Below, piece by piece: positions 8,297-19,100 of a DNA stretch of 61,103 bases. The stretch's first letter is position 1. Each line of letters opens with the position of its first letter. Origin of the DNA: a virus (lineage: Duplodnaviria; Caudoviricetes); the IMG/VR virus record IMGVR_UViG_3300030090_003848, positions 1 to 61,103 of that record; one strand, 5' to 3'. Position numbers and translations under genes: made by a program. The notes under the pieces were generated by a model. It made no database searches. It was not told the origin of the DNA and was given only the letters and a program-made list of their open reading frames with translations.

Positions 8297-8378
8297 TAGT
8301 TGCTCGGGCATGGTGTGTGGGGAGATCCCACAACGGGTTTAGCTAGTGCCCAATGAAACACCCGAGCAACTATTTTTT
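8297..8378 (+). ncRNA. Structured RNA candidate / branched terminator closing the early operon
   Basis: 12-bp perfect stem TAGTTGCTCGGG/CCCGAGCAACTA enclosing two hairpins, followed by T6. Confidence 0.55.
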
Positions 8379-8397
8379 ATAATATATCAGAATGTCC

Positions 8398-8426
8398 TTG
8401 ACACTAGCCCCACAGCATATTAAACT
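8398..8426 (+). promoter_or_regulatory. Sigma70-like promoter TTGACA-N17-TAAACT
   Basis: Near consensus, AT-rich upstream, precedes the helicase gene. Confidence 0.75.
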
Positions 8427-8446
8427 CCGGCACCTTAAAACTAACC

Positions 8447-9748
8447 ATGAGCAAAATACTCTACCCTCCGCAAGCGCGAGCGTTCCGGTTCTTTTACCAA
8501 CGCCTTAACAGTGGCCTCGCCACACTCGACCAGTCTGATATGGGAACTGGTAAGACCCCAGTCGGAGTCAAACTGGCTAAGGCCCTCGGTCGCCCCGTAG
8601 CTGTCATCTGCCCCAAGGCCGTGATCCCATCATGGGAGCGCGAGCTAGCCGAGGAGGGCATCACGGCGACGTTTGTCCTGAATCTTGAGTCCCTTCGCAG
8701 GGGCAAGACTGGTTACGTTTCCAAGGTCGGGAAGAAGAACTTCAAGTGGCTGTTACCCCAAGATACTTTTTTCTTGGTAGACGAGATCCACATGTGCAAA
8801 GGGCCTTGGTCCCAGAACGCCGCTCTTCTGGTTGCGCTGGTTAAGCAGGGATATCTGATCCACGGCATGAGCGGGACCAGTTGTGAAGACCCAACCGAGA
8901 TGCGACCCCTTGGCCTGATGCTCGGACTCCACTCGGGCGATGAGAAGAAGGACGGTATGCTCCGTTGGTGGCCGTGGATGCGGCGGTATGGCTGCGAGAA
9001 AAACAACTGGGGTTCATGGATCTTGGAAGATCCGTTCCACCTGCCCAAGCTCAGGAAGGAGATGTATTCTACCCGAGTCCACCGCCTCACCGTGTCTGAC
9101 TTCCCGACCTCGTTTAAGGAGAACCGAGTGTTCGTCCAGCCTATCCAGTTCCGCGAGAACAAGAAGATCCAGAAGGCTTATGAGGACCTCGGGGTCACCC
9201 CGTCTATTGTCGAGGAGTATATCGAGAAGGGGACGGTGACTGATTCCGAGCATGTCCTCGCTAACATCACCGCTGCCCGTCGATTGGCCGAGGCGTTCAA
9301 GGTGGTGGACATCGCTGAGATGGCGGAAGATCTCATGCAGAAGGGTAACTCCGTAGTTCTTTTTGTGAATTACAGCGACACGGTAGACGCTCTCAGGCTC
9401 CGCCTGAAGTGTGACCGGATTGATGGGAGGCAAACTGCGACCGACCGCCAGAGAGTCATCGATGAGTTCCAAGCCGACCAGACCCACTGCATCGCAGTCA
9501 ACGCGGCTGCCGGAGGGACAGGGATCTCCCTGCATGACACTGTGGGAAACCGACCCCGAGTTGCTCTGATTTCCCCGACGTTCAACTTCAAGATTTACAA
9601 GCAGGTGCTGGGCCGTATCCACCGGAACGGCGGGAAGAGCGATGCGATCCAGAAAGTGTTGGTCGCCTCTGACTCTATCGAAGAGCATGTCATGCGGGCT
9701 ATCCAGCGTAGGCAGAGAAACATGAAGCACCTGCACAATGTCGAGTAA
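8447..9748 (+). CDS. SF2 (SNF2-like DExH) helicase
   Basis: DMGTGKT, ICPK, DEIH, SGT, GGTGISL, QVLGRIHRNG motifs. Confidence 0.92.
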   Translation: MSKILYPPQARAFRFFYQRLNSGLATLDQSDMGTGKTPVGVKLAKALGRPVAVICPKAVIPSWERELAEEGITATFVLNLESLRRGKTGYVSKVGKKNFKWLLPQDTFFLVDEIHMCKGPWSQNAALLVALVKQGYLIHGMSGTSCEDPTEMRPLGLMLGLHSGDEKKDGMLRWWPWMRRYGCEKNNWGSWILEDPFHLPKLRKEMYSTRVHRLTVSDFPTSFKENRVFVQPIQFRENKKIQKAYEDLGVTPSIVEEYIEKGTVTDSEHVLANITAARRLAEAFKVVDIAEMAEDLMQKGNSVVLFVNYSDTVDALRLRLKCDRIDGRQTATDRQRVIDEFQADQTHCIAVNAAAGGTGISLHDTVGNRPRVALISPTFNFKIYKQVLGRIHRNGGKSDAIQKVLVASDSIEEHVMRAIQRRQRNMKHLHNVE

Positions 9749-9995
9749 GCGCCACTATGTCCGAGAGCTATTCCCTCGCGGTATGCCTATGCTGATTCAG
9801 GGAGAGCTTGATCTCGATGAGGACTGCAATCTTTTCCAATGGTCGGGAGGAGGCCACCCTACCGTGGACCCTGATACCTGCACCCTGCATCCTGTCATCG
9901 GGGACAAGGTTCTGCCAGCCTCACCGACCCTCGATACCAAGACACGCTACAGTATCGCCATGAGATTGACCGACGTTATCCGAAATAAAACATAA
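9738..9995 (+). CDS. Hypothetical protein
   Basis: Overlaps the helicase end. Confidence 0.65.
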   Translation: MSSKRHYVRELFPRGMPMLIQGELDLDEDCNLFQWSGGGHPTVDPDTCTLHPVIGDKVLPASPTLDTKTRYSIAMRLTDVIRNKT

Positions 9996-10171
9996 TGAGT
10001 TTACACCGAGCATTAGAAAAGCAAGCCGCCGAACATTCCAAACTTGAAGCAGAGATCATGGACAACGTGGCCAACCGCAAGTGGACAAGGGAACAGCTTC
10101 AGAAGAAGATAGCTTACCTTTACATCATGGGCATCAAGCACGGCATCGAGAACGCTATCGAGAGAGGGTAA
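9995..10171 (+). CDS. Hypothetical protein, 58 aa (MSLHRALEKQ...IERG), absent from ORF track
   Basis: TAATG coupling; stop abuts the convergent giant gene. Confidence 0.7.
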   Translation: MSLHRALEKQAAEHSKLEAEIMDNVANRKWTREQLQKKIAYLYIMGIKHGIENAIERG

Positions 10172-10172
10172 G

Positions 10173-13100
10173 CTAGCGTTCCACTGTCAGAAATCTTTCA
10201 CGTTCCCCGTGTGCCCGCATCAAGGTCCGCAGTCTCTGCTGGCCTTGAGCTGTTCTCATCAGAGACTCTGTGACGTTCTTGGTCGGGACAGGGTTTTCCA
10301 TGAACCCTGCGAACAGGAGCTTGGACCGTCGGTCCCCGTATCGGGCGGCGGTCATGGCCCCGTAGATACTCTGGTTCGTCATGCCCAAACCTTTCATGCC
10401 GCGCATGGCCTGCATCAGTTTCTGGTTGACCCGTTTCCTGTCAGACAGAACTGACTTATGGACCGCCTCTACGGCTCCCTCGGTCATTCCCTTGGGAGTG
10501 AGCAGTTCATTGAAGGCTCGGCCAGCTCTCCGATGCTCGTCCCTTAACTGGTAAACAACTCTTGAGAATTGGTCTTCAGGCTTATAGAAGCGAGGCCGGA
10601 CTGGCAGGGAGTCATAAACGACAATCCCAAACGGAGAGTCTGCGAACGACTCCGGCGCGTCACCGAACCCTGCCTTGATAGCTTCAATCGCCTTGAGCGG
10701 AGTCCGAGGCCCATACGCTTCCCGACCGACATACTTTAGTTTGTTGAGCATACGGATATGCAGCGGCTGCGATGACTCAACAATAGGCATATTGGTTTTC
10801 GCATTGCGGTTCTCCATTACGTCTATGATAGAACCCGCTAGGATCTGCTCTCCCAAGTATGGCTGGAGGATAGCAGCGGTAGTCATCTTCTCGACTGCGG
10901 TGAACGGCTCTCCCCGAACCATGTGTTCCATGCCCCGAAGCAGGGGGTCCACGATAATGGAGAACGGGTTGAGGTAGGTAAGATCCAGAGAACCTATCTC
11001 CCCATCATCAGTCTTCCACAACCAGAAAGTATGATTTCTGAGATAAGGGGGCAGGGACATGCGGAATGCCTCGTCCTCGTCTTCTCCCATCTCGCTCAGT
11101 AAGGACCGGAGCAAAGTCGGAACAGCCATGCTCAACCCTCCGGCGATTGCAGTCATCGATAGAACCCGATTATACCCCCTCCGCCTCATCACAGGGTTCT
11201 TGGAACGTATGTCCCTGAACCCTCTTTTGTAGGTGTTAACAACGATGCGTGGGACTTCAGCGGTGAACCGGATGAACGGTGCGAATACGAGTCCCCATCC
11301 CGAGCCGCTTATTTTTTTGATGATCGGGAGAGCGCGTGAGTATGACTGGGCAGTGTCACCTATGATCTCCGCAGCCTCTTGCTTGAGTTCCAGATCAGAC
11401 ATATTTGCGTATGTCTGCTGGTCCGGCGGAAGCAACCTGTCTGCTTCTTGGGCTTTCCTGAGAATAGCCAGTTCATTCTCGTAGTAACCGATCTTGTAGA
11501 ACGAGTCCATTGCAGACGCCAGTCGAGCCAGAGTGTTCATCATGCTCGTATACTTAGCCCCGCCCTGCTTTATCAGGTTCTTATCAGAGAGTTTCTTTTG
11601 CAGGTTAACTATCTGCTCTTGGACCCCATCGAATGTTTCTTCGCCATTGATGAGCCGGAGCATGATCTGTGAGCGGACTTCGTTACCGAATACGTCCAGC
11701 CCCTCAAGCTCTCGTAGGTATGCATTGGTAGCCGCCTTGTTTCCTTTGAGTGCCCTGCGAACACCCTGCCAAGCAGACATCCCTCGGCCCTCGCCTACGT
11801 CCCCGCTCCATATGTCCTTGCCAGCTTTCCAATACCCTTGGGCTGGACCGAAGAACAGGACGTTTCCGAGCATGTTCCGTAAGAAGAATCCTACCGAGAA
11901 CAGGGTCTTGAATCCCATAGCCGAACCTGTCGCTAGCTGGGCTGCTCGCATGGACCCGTGCAAGAGTTGTGACGAAGCGTCATCCCCAGATCTGGGAGTC
12001 TGCTGGAACATAGGCCGGATACTATTGTAGATGTCTGGGTGGACATACATCCCAGCCAATGGGTTCAACCCACTATCGGCACTCGTCGAGAGAATCTTTT
12101 TGTATTCGATGAACTCACTGTAGTTCTCTCCCAGTGCTTTGTTGTATTGATCCGCAGTCAAGAGCCAAGGAGTCTCCGCCTGCGTCCCCGCCTGTTTCAT
12201 TTTCTCAAGGAACGACTGGTGTGCCGCGATCTTTGCAACGGTTCCAAACGAATACAAAAGGTTGTCGATGCTGGACTCGGGGAGGTTATTGGCTCCCATG
12301 AGATCCGCCAAGGGCTTAGGTATGTCAGACCTCTCCTTGAGGTTTTTCACGATAGCCTTCAGTCCACCAGACATTCTGGGGGCCACTGTCTTGGGCATGC
12401 CAGCCAGTTCAAATGCTGACGCGAAGTCTTGGGCCTCGGTCAGTTCTCCCTGACCTCTCCATGAGTTGAGGAACTCTGCGGCCATCTGGAATCCGAGAGA
12501 TGCTCCTCCGTTAGAGGACTTTGTGTATAAGCGGTAAGACTCATCTTTCGCGTCCTGCAAGGTAAACTCTCGGTTACCTGCATTGTCGCGCATGAGTTCA
12601 TCGGTCTTGTTTTCAATCCACTGTCCCCGCATAAACTCGATAGCCGCTTCCCTGACCGCTACATCTTTTTCTTCTTTTGAAGTTAAGATGCGCTTCACAT
12701 ACCCAGAGTCAGAGAACATCTGATACCTGCGGGTGATGTAAAGTCCCATATTATTATCGAACTTAGCAATAACATCGTGGCCTCCCCGACCGAACAGGTC
12801 TCGGGCTTTTGCGGAAAGCTCATCAGTAAGACGGCGGAGGTCTACGATAACGGTAAAGAGGTCTGGAGCAGTATCGGCTAGTTCCGAAAGGGCAGCGTCC
12901 CGACCACCCAGAGCTACCTGTTTGTTGGCCATCCTGCTTTTTTCCAAGGTCTCTTTGAACGACTGTTCTTCTATTTCTGTTTCCGCTCCCTTGCGGGCAT
13001 CGGCCCTTTTCCTAGCTTCATTGATGCGTTTGTTGAGCCGGTCTTTAGCTTCTTTAATTCTCTTCCTGCTTTCGGAACCCAGCTTGCGGATTTCTTCTGG

Positions 13101-16100
13101 GGTCTGATTTCCATCAGCCCGCATTTCGCGAACTATAAACGCTATGTTTTCTTTGTCTTTCGCGAACTGGTTTTCCGCGTCCTCGATCTCCTGTGACATG
13201 ACCACTCTGGACCTCGCCTTGATTTCATCCAGCCGTTTGATGTGCGCTTGCTGAAGATCGTTGTCTGGGTCTGGGTCGATATTGTCCAGTGTTCCCACAG
13301 CAGCTTGGATAAGATCCCAAGGAACATCGTCGGGCGAAGAGTAATACTTATCAATCGCGGCGGTATACTTGTCGTGGTATTCCTCGACCATTTTCTCGGT
13401 AGTCCGCAAGAACGCATCTCTCTGGCGGGCATACTTCTGAACAGTCGGGTCCGTCTCGCCAACGAACATCTTAGCGAACTGTCTTTTCACTAACTTAAAT
13501 CCACTACCCGCTCCTGCGACGGGGAGTTCAAGCAGTTCAATGAAGTTTCCGTAGTCAACCTTGTCCGCGTCAAACTCAGATGGAAGATCTGATTCATCCC
13601 CGAAGACCCCCGAAAAAATGTATCTCTCGTCTGCTGGATTAAATCTAGCTTCCAATGGAATAAGATTAAAGTCTTCGTCGAGAGTGACTGGTGCTGCTGA
13701 CTTGATCAGACGCGAATCTCTGACCGCGATGTTCATGTCGTTGTCATCAAGAACTGGGAAGTTACCGTCTACGTCCGTAGCTACCCCGTTCTCTGAAATC
13801 AGCATCCCGTCATATTCGCTCAGGACGGCATCGACGACTTGTTGATTTTCCCAGAAATTCCAATGCCCGTTTGCAAGGTTACCTTTGTTCTTTTTGATCC
13901 ACTCTTCTATTGGGGTTGCCCGCCGGTCGATCACCTCATCTGTAATCTTGAACTCCGTGTCTTTATTCGGGCGGTTTTCATACAGCAAATCAGAATACTT
14001 TTCCCAGTCTTTACGCGGGTCGAATAGCTTATCTACTTTTAAGTAGACGGGGATAATCTCCAGACTTCTTGGGGGCGCTAGCTTTCCACTTTCTACGACA
14101 TTGTGGTTAACTTTGTTCTGCCCAAACTCCCGTGCAGAGTCTACATCAGGAGTAAAGAACGTCAGGTTGGTTGCCGTGCTAGTGCTTACTATATCGGACC
14201 CCGTCTTTTTCGGGTCGAAGATGGTCAGCACCCTATCGGTCCCGTGGTAGGCTACCCCGATTTTCCAGCCAGCAGCCCGTGCCGCCGCGTCTACCATTGG
14301 GCGGAGTTTGTTTCGGATCTCCTGCCCCTTCAAAGAGTTTATCTCTGGGGCGGGTTTGTCTTCTTCAATCTCATACTCAACCTTGGACCCCCAAGGTTTC
14401 ATAGCCATGATCAAGGCCGACTGCTCGTCGTAGGCCAGATGTTTTTCGACAAGCTCCATGAACGCCTTGCTCCCCATGCTCTCCTTAGCTTCGTTAAGGA
14501 CAGACATGTATTCCTTGTTAATCGCCCGAAGTTCTTTGACCGTCGGGTCAGGTAGAATCGACGAGATGGGTTTAAGGAATGACGGATCAGCGGGGAATCC
14601 GCTAAGGCCAATGGCCGACGGGAGGTCGGTGCTAAGACCCTCTGGGTCTGGGGGAAGGTTATCTACCTCAACTGCTCCGGCACCAGCTCCATCAGGATCT
14701 CCTCCGGCACGGGCGTCGGGTGATCTGGATACTCCAGCATCAGGAAGTCGCTTGAGTCGAACGCTTTCTGTGTAGGATTTATCTCTAGCAACCAAGCTGC
14801 GCTCGACTGGTGTGGCCCAGTCTGGGAGGCCATATCCTCCAAATCGCTCCTCGATAAGGTTCCTTGCTTCGCCATCGTCATTTGTTTTATTCCATATTTT
14901 ACGGGACTCATCAAGAACTGTTTCTTCGACCCCCTTCTTAGCGTAGCTCGCGGCCTCCCGTTTCTGCTCTGCGGTAAAGAGAGTCCTGACTTGCTCCCAC
15001 GTTATCGACTGAATTTCTCTAGTAGATAAGTTAGTCCCGTCCCGCCCGTTGATAAACGCGGCAGCGTCTTGGTGCGCTCTGAGGAACATGGCGTAGACCC
15101 CCATCATGCCAAGCTCGGCGTTGCCACTGCTGCTGATGCCAGTCCCCCCGAAGTTGTGGGTAACTTCATCACTGCCTCCTGCAACCGGAAGCATGAGCGC
15201 GGCACCAACCGCGTGTGTGTCCACAGTCCCGTCCATGATATTGGTCGGGTCTGCAATATTGTTGCGGAAGTTTCTGACCTTGTGCTGATTCCCGAGGAGG
15301 TCACTGTGGACCTCGGGGTCGTCGGTAAGGAAAGAATCAACCGCCTTTTGGATCTCGGGGTATGAACCCCAACCCACCTTTGCGATCTCGCCGTTCTTGG
15401 TCCGTTGCAACTGGACCCTGTTTCCTTCTGGGGTGATAATCGCGTAACCTCTCGGGTGATTCAAATAGTCAAAAGTCCTAACGAACCTAGCGGGTAGCGG
15501 ACGCATCCTCGCCAGTTCTGCGTTCCTGCGTTTCTTGAACGCCTTGTCACTTTCGCCCTTTTTCTGTGGTTCAGGTTCAAACGAGGCTGCTTCTTCGATG
15601 AGCTGGGCTAGGGTCTTGCCCTCCATGATGACTACCATAGCCTCGGCGCTCTTCTTAGCCTGAGCTTTTTTCTTGGCATGAGCCGCCGCAGTAAGCCCAG
15701 TCTTAGGAATGTTCTGGGACATCTCGATGAACGCATCGGCCATCTCCTTATCGAAGACAGTTTCCTGCTGTTTAGATACCACCTCCATTACTCGGCCAGC
15801 CAAGGACACGTTCTGGAACCAGTCCTTCTGTGGGCTGAGAACCGCGATGGTCGCAGCAGCTTGACCCGTCGTTATGTTGTATCGGGTAGCAAAGTCTTGC
15901 GCGATACGGTTGGCCCCCTCATACCAGAGCTTGGCCCGCTCCCTGATCTCAGGGTGCATAGTGTCATGCAGGTGAACCAAGTTCTCAACCATTCCCTTAT
16001 GCACACTCTCATACACCTCGTCTGCGAGCGGGCGCATCTTATCGAAGAGATCATTCTTGAAATCAGACTTCCATTTTTTGGCGGCGGCCAAAGTAGTCGG

Positions 16101-19100
16101 CGTGTCTGGGTCACGAACAAACTCGATCAGCCCTCTAACAACTTCCATCTGGGCTTCGTCCCCAGTGTATGGAATTTGCCCTGCCTTGGCCTTTGCTGGG
16201 GCAACGTATAGCTTCTTTGCAATCCGCGTAACAAACGCATCAGTCACCTTACGGGCTGATTTTATTTCGCTTATAACGGGCGTGGTTACCTTCGTGTCTG
16301 AGAACGCGGCTTTGTATCTGTCGTTCAGATACTTCAGTTCCCTGTAGGCCGCCGTGTCCTCACCCCTCGCCTCAACCGCTCGGCCTTTGCGGTTCTTCCG
16401 ACCTTTGAATATCTGGTATCCAGCAACGGTGGGCGCGTTGAGGACATAACTTTTCTGACGGGCGTAGTTCTCAAAGGTGCTGTCCTCCGCTCTGTCGCTA
16501 GCCCCCTTGCCTGTCGCGGTCCTGAAGCGAGCAGCGGGTTTGATATCCAAAGCAGAAATATCCAATGGCGCGTCCACCGCAGACAAATCTTCTGCCGTAT
16601 CGACCATGATCCCTGAACCCAAGCCGACTGTGCCTTCGCTTATAGCCTTTTGCCTTACCTCCGCCTTCGTTAGCTTTTTAGGTTGCGGCTTTGCCCTGAG
16701 ATTAGCTATCTGGATAGTCAGATCCAATACTTCTTCCAGTGCTGTGTTGGCGCTTTCGCTTGCCTTGTCTCCAAGGAGGAGACGTTTGATTATATCAATA
16801 AACTCTTGGAATACTGACTTATCGGGTGAGGCGGGTAATTTTCTAAGGAAGTCTTGGAAGTGGGGGTTTGACCAAGCGTCAGCGATAAACTCCTCTATAC
16901 TGTCTGCGGCGTAGCCAAGTTTCCGGTCGGCGGCAAGCCCGCGATGGAAGACATCTGGGTGCATCCTGAGTTCCTCTTCAATCTGTGGCTTCACCCAATG
17001 ATAGAGCTTAAACAAATCCCTGATCGGAGCAGGAACCTTGGCCACTGCCTCGGGGTCTTTGAACCTACCACGACTAATATAGTTCACGGGCAGTAGGTCA
17101 CGTATCTCGGTATCATTGGGCGGTAATTTCCCTTCAGTGACGGCCCGCCCACCATCAGTGCCTTCAGCATACACCCAATTATCTAGTGCTTGTCGTTTGC
17201 GTGACGGTCCACCGCTTGTTTTCGAGACTCCCGCTTCGTATAGCTTTATCATGCTGGCTGCGTGTCCAGACTCATGCGTGAGTGACATGCCCCAAGCCTG
17301 TGCTGGGGTGAAGTGCCGCCCAAACGGCAATGACGTAGTAATGGAGATTTGACCTTGGGGTCCAGTCGCCGCGGTCCCCCTTAGACCAAACTCAGGCCCA
17401 CCAGTTTGCGTCTTAAATTTGTGCAGTCTGCTCCGACCAGCTTGGGGACGATCCTCGGGTTCCCACTCTTCGATCCTGCGCTGCTCGGAGGGTGTCAGTT
17501 CCTCTTCAGGCTTAATCGCATGCCAAACTACTCTGGTCTTATCAAAATCTTTACGGCCACTCGGACTCATGCCGTTCCGTAAAATAAGCAACGACCCGAG
17601 ATACCTAGACTTAGTGTCTTTGGGGATCAGGTCGATAACCTCCCCCAACGACATAGACAGACGCATTTCGCCAGCGCCCCCCTCTTCAGGCAATGATTTT
17701 TTTGCTGCCTGCCAGCCCTTTGTTTCCATTATCTCAGCGAACTCTGCGTCCCCTTCATCGGCGGGGAACAAATCAGCAGATTCTGGTCCGAACATGATCC
17801 CTGAACCCAGAGCCGTTGCCTTGCGCGGCTTGGCCACAATCATGCTCGCGGTAGATGCGTCTTCGTCAATGTCGAGCACTTCAGATATCTCATCCTTGTA
17901 TGCTTTCAGTGGACGGTGTAGCTGGTAGCCTTTGGAGGTCGGCCCTTCTTTCTTACTCCTGTCGTAATAAACTGTGATGTAGATTTCTCCCCCGTCTTTT
18001 ACGGCATCGTTCGCTTGTTGGAGAACCCTGCGCCTAGCTCCTTTTTCTTTAATGACGTTAAGAACATTGGACAAAGTTGCAGTATCGGCTTGGCCCCCGT
18101 GGATCTTCTCGACCGCTTCCTCAACGCCCTCGGGGCGGGCATACGGGTCATACACATAATTTGTCACCCCCTTGCCTGCTAAGTATTCAGTTGCCAGTTC
18201 TGACTTGCCGCCGCCGATGTCGGCATTGACCGTTCCGGCCACCCAGTTTTTAACTCTACCAAACAAAGCCCCCCGTTGTGAAAGGCTGGTATCTTGAGAG
18301 CCTATTTTCTGGGTAACGCCTTTGAGATCCCATACATCACTTACCTGTATCCCTGAACCCAGATCCAATGTTCCCTGCTCCAGTGGCTGGGCTGGTCTGC
18401 GGAGATCGAATCCCTCATCGTAAGCGTATGCCACTTTGGCTGCATGATACTCACGCATCACTTCCATCAGCCTTACATCTGACATGTCATACAAGCTGTA
18501 GGAAATTATTTTGTCGCCACTATGGGAAAAGAACTCTATCTCGTCTTCATATTGGTTATCCCTGATATCTTTCCAACGCTCAAATTCTCTTTTGATCCAC
18601 GACTCGGGGTCGTTAATCATCCTGCCTATGAATATGTCTTCGATTTCGGTGAAGCCTTCACTGGCGTAGAAATCATAGAGTTGCTTTCCTTCAATGCCGC
18701 GCCTGTCGGTAGATCTGAAAAACAAAGCAATGTCAGAGCCTGCCTCATCCATCTTTCTAAGAAGTGCCTTGAGCATAGCCCTGCCTACTCCTTTGGATCT
18801 AAATTCGTTTGGAACGACAATATGCCGGAGATAAACATGCGGTTTTATCTCTTGGTCAGGGGCATCTAAGAAACTTTTTGTAAACCCTTCGCGTGCTTCA
18901 ACAGCGAACGCAGGGAACATGGGGTCTTCCCCCGCTTCGATTGTCTCGGAGATAAGGTCTGTGAAGCCGAGATCGGCTGGGTCTACCGCCGTGTAGACAA
19001 GACCAGTAAACTTATCCCGTTCCTGCACTCCCAATGATTCGGCACCCTTGACGGCTTCGAGATTTAGATCCCGACCCGTCAGCGTTATGCCCGATGCAAC

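Noticed and set aside
8297-8378. Hammerhead ribozyme or tRNA
   Set aside because: Has GAAAC but lacks the CUGANGA core; no T-loop or cloverleaf.
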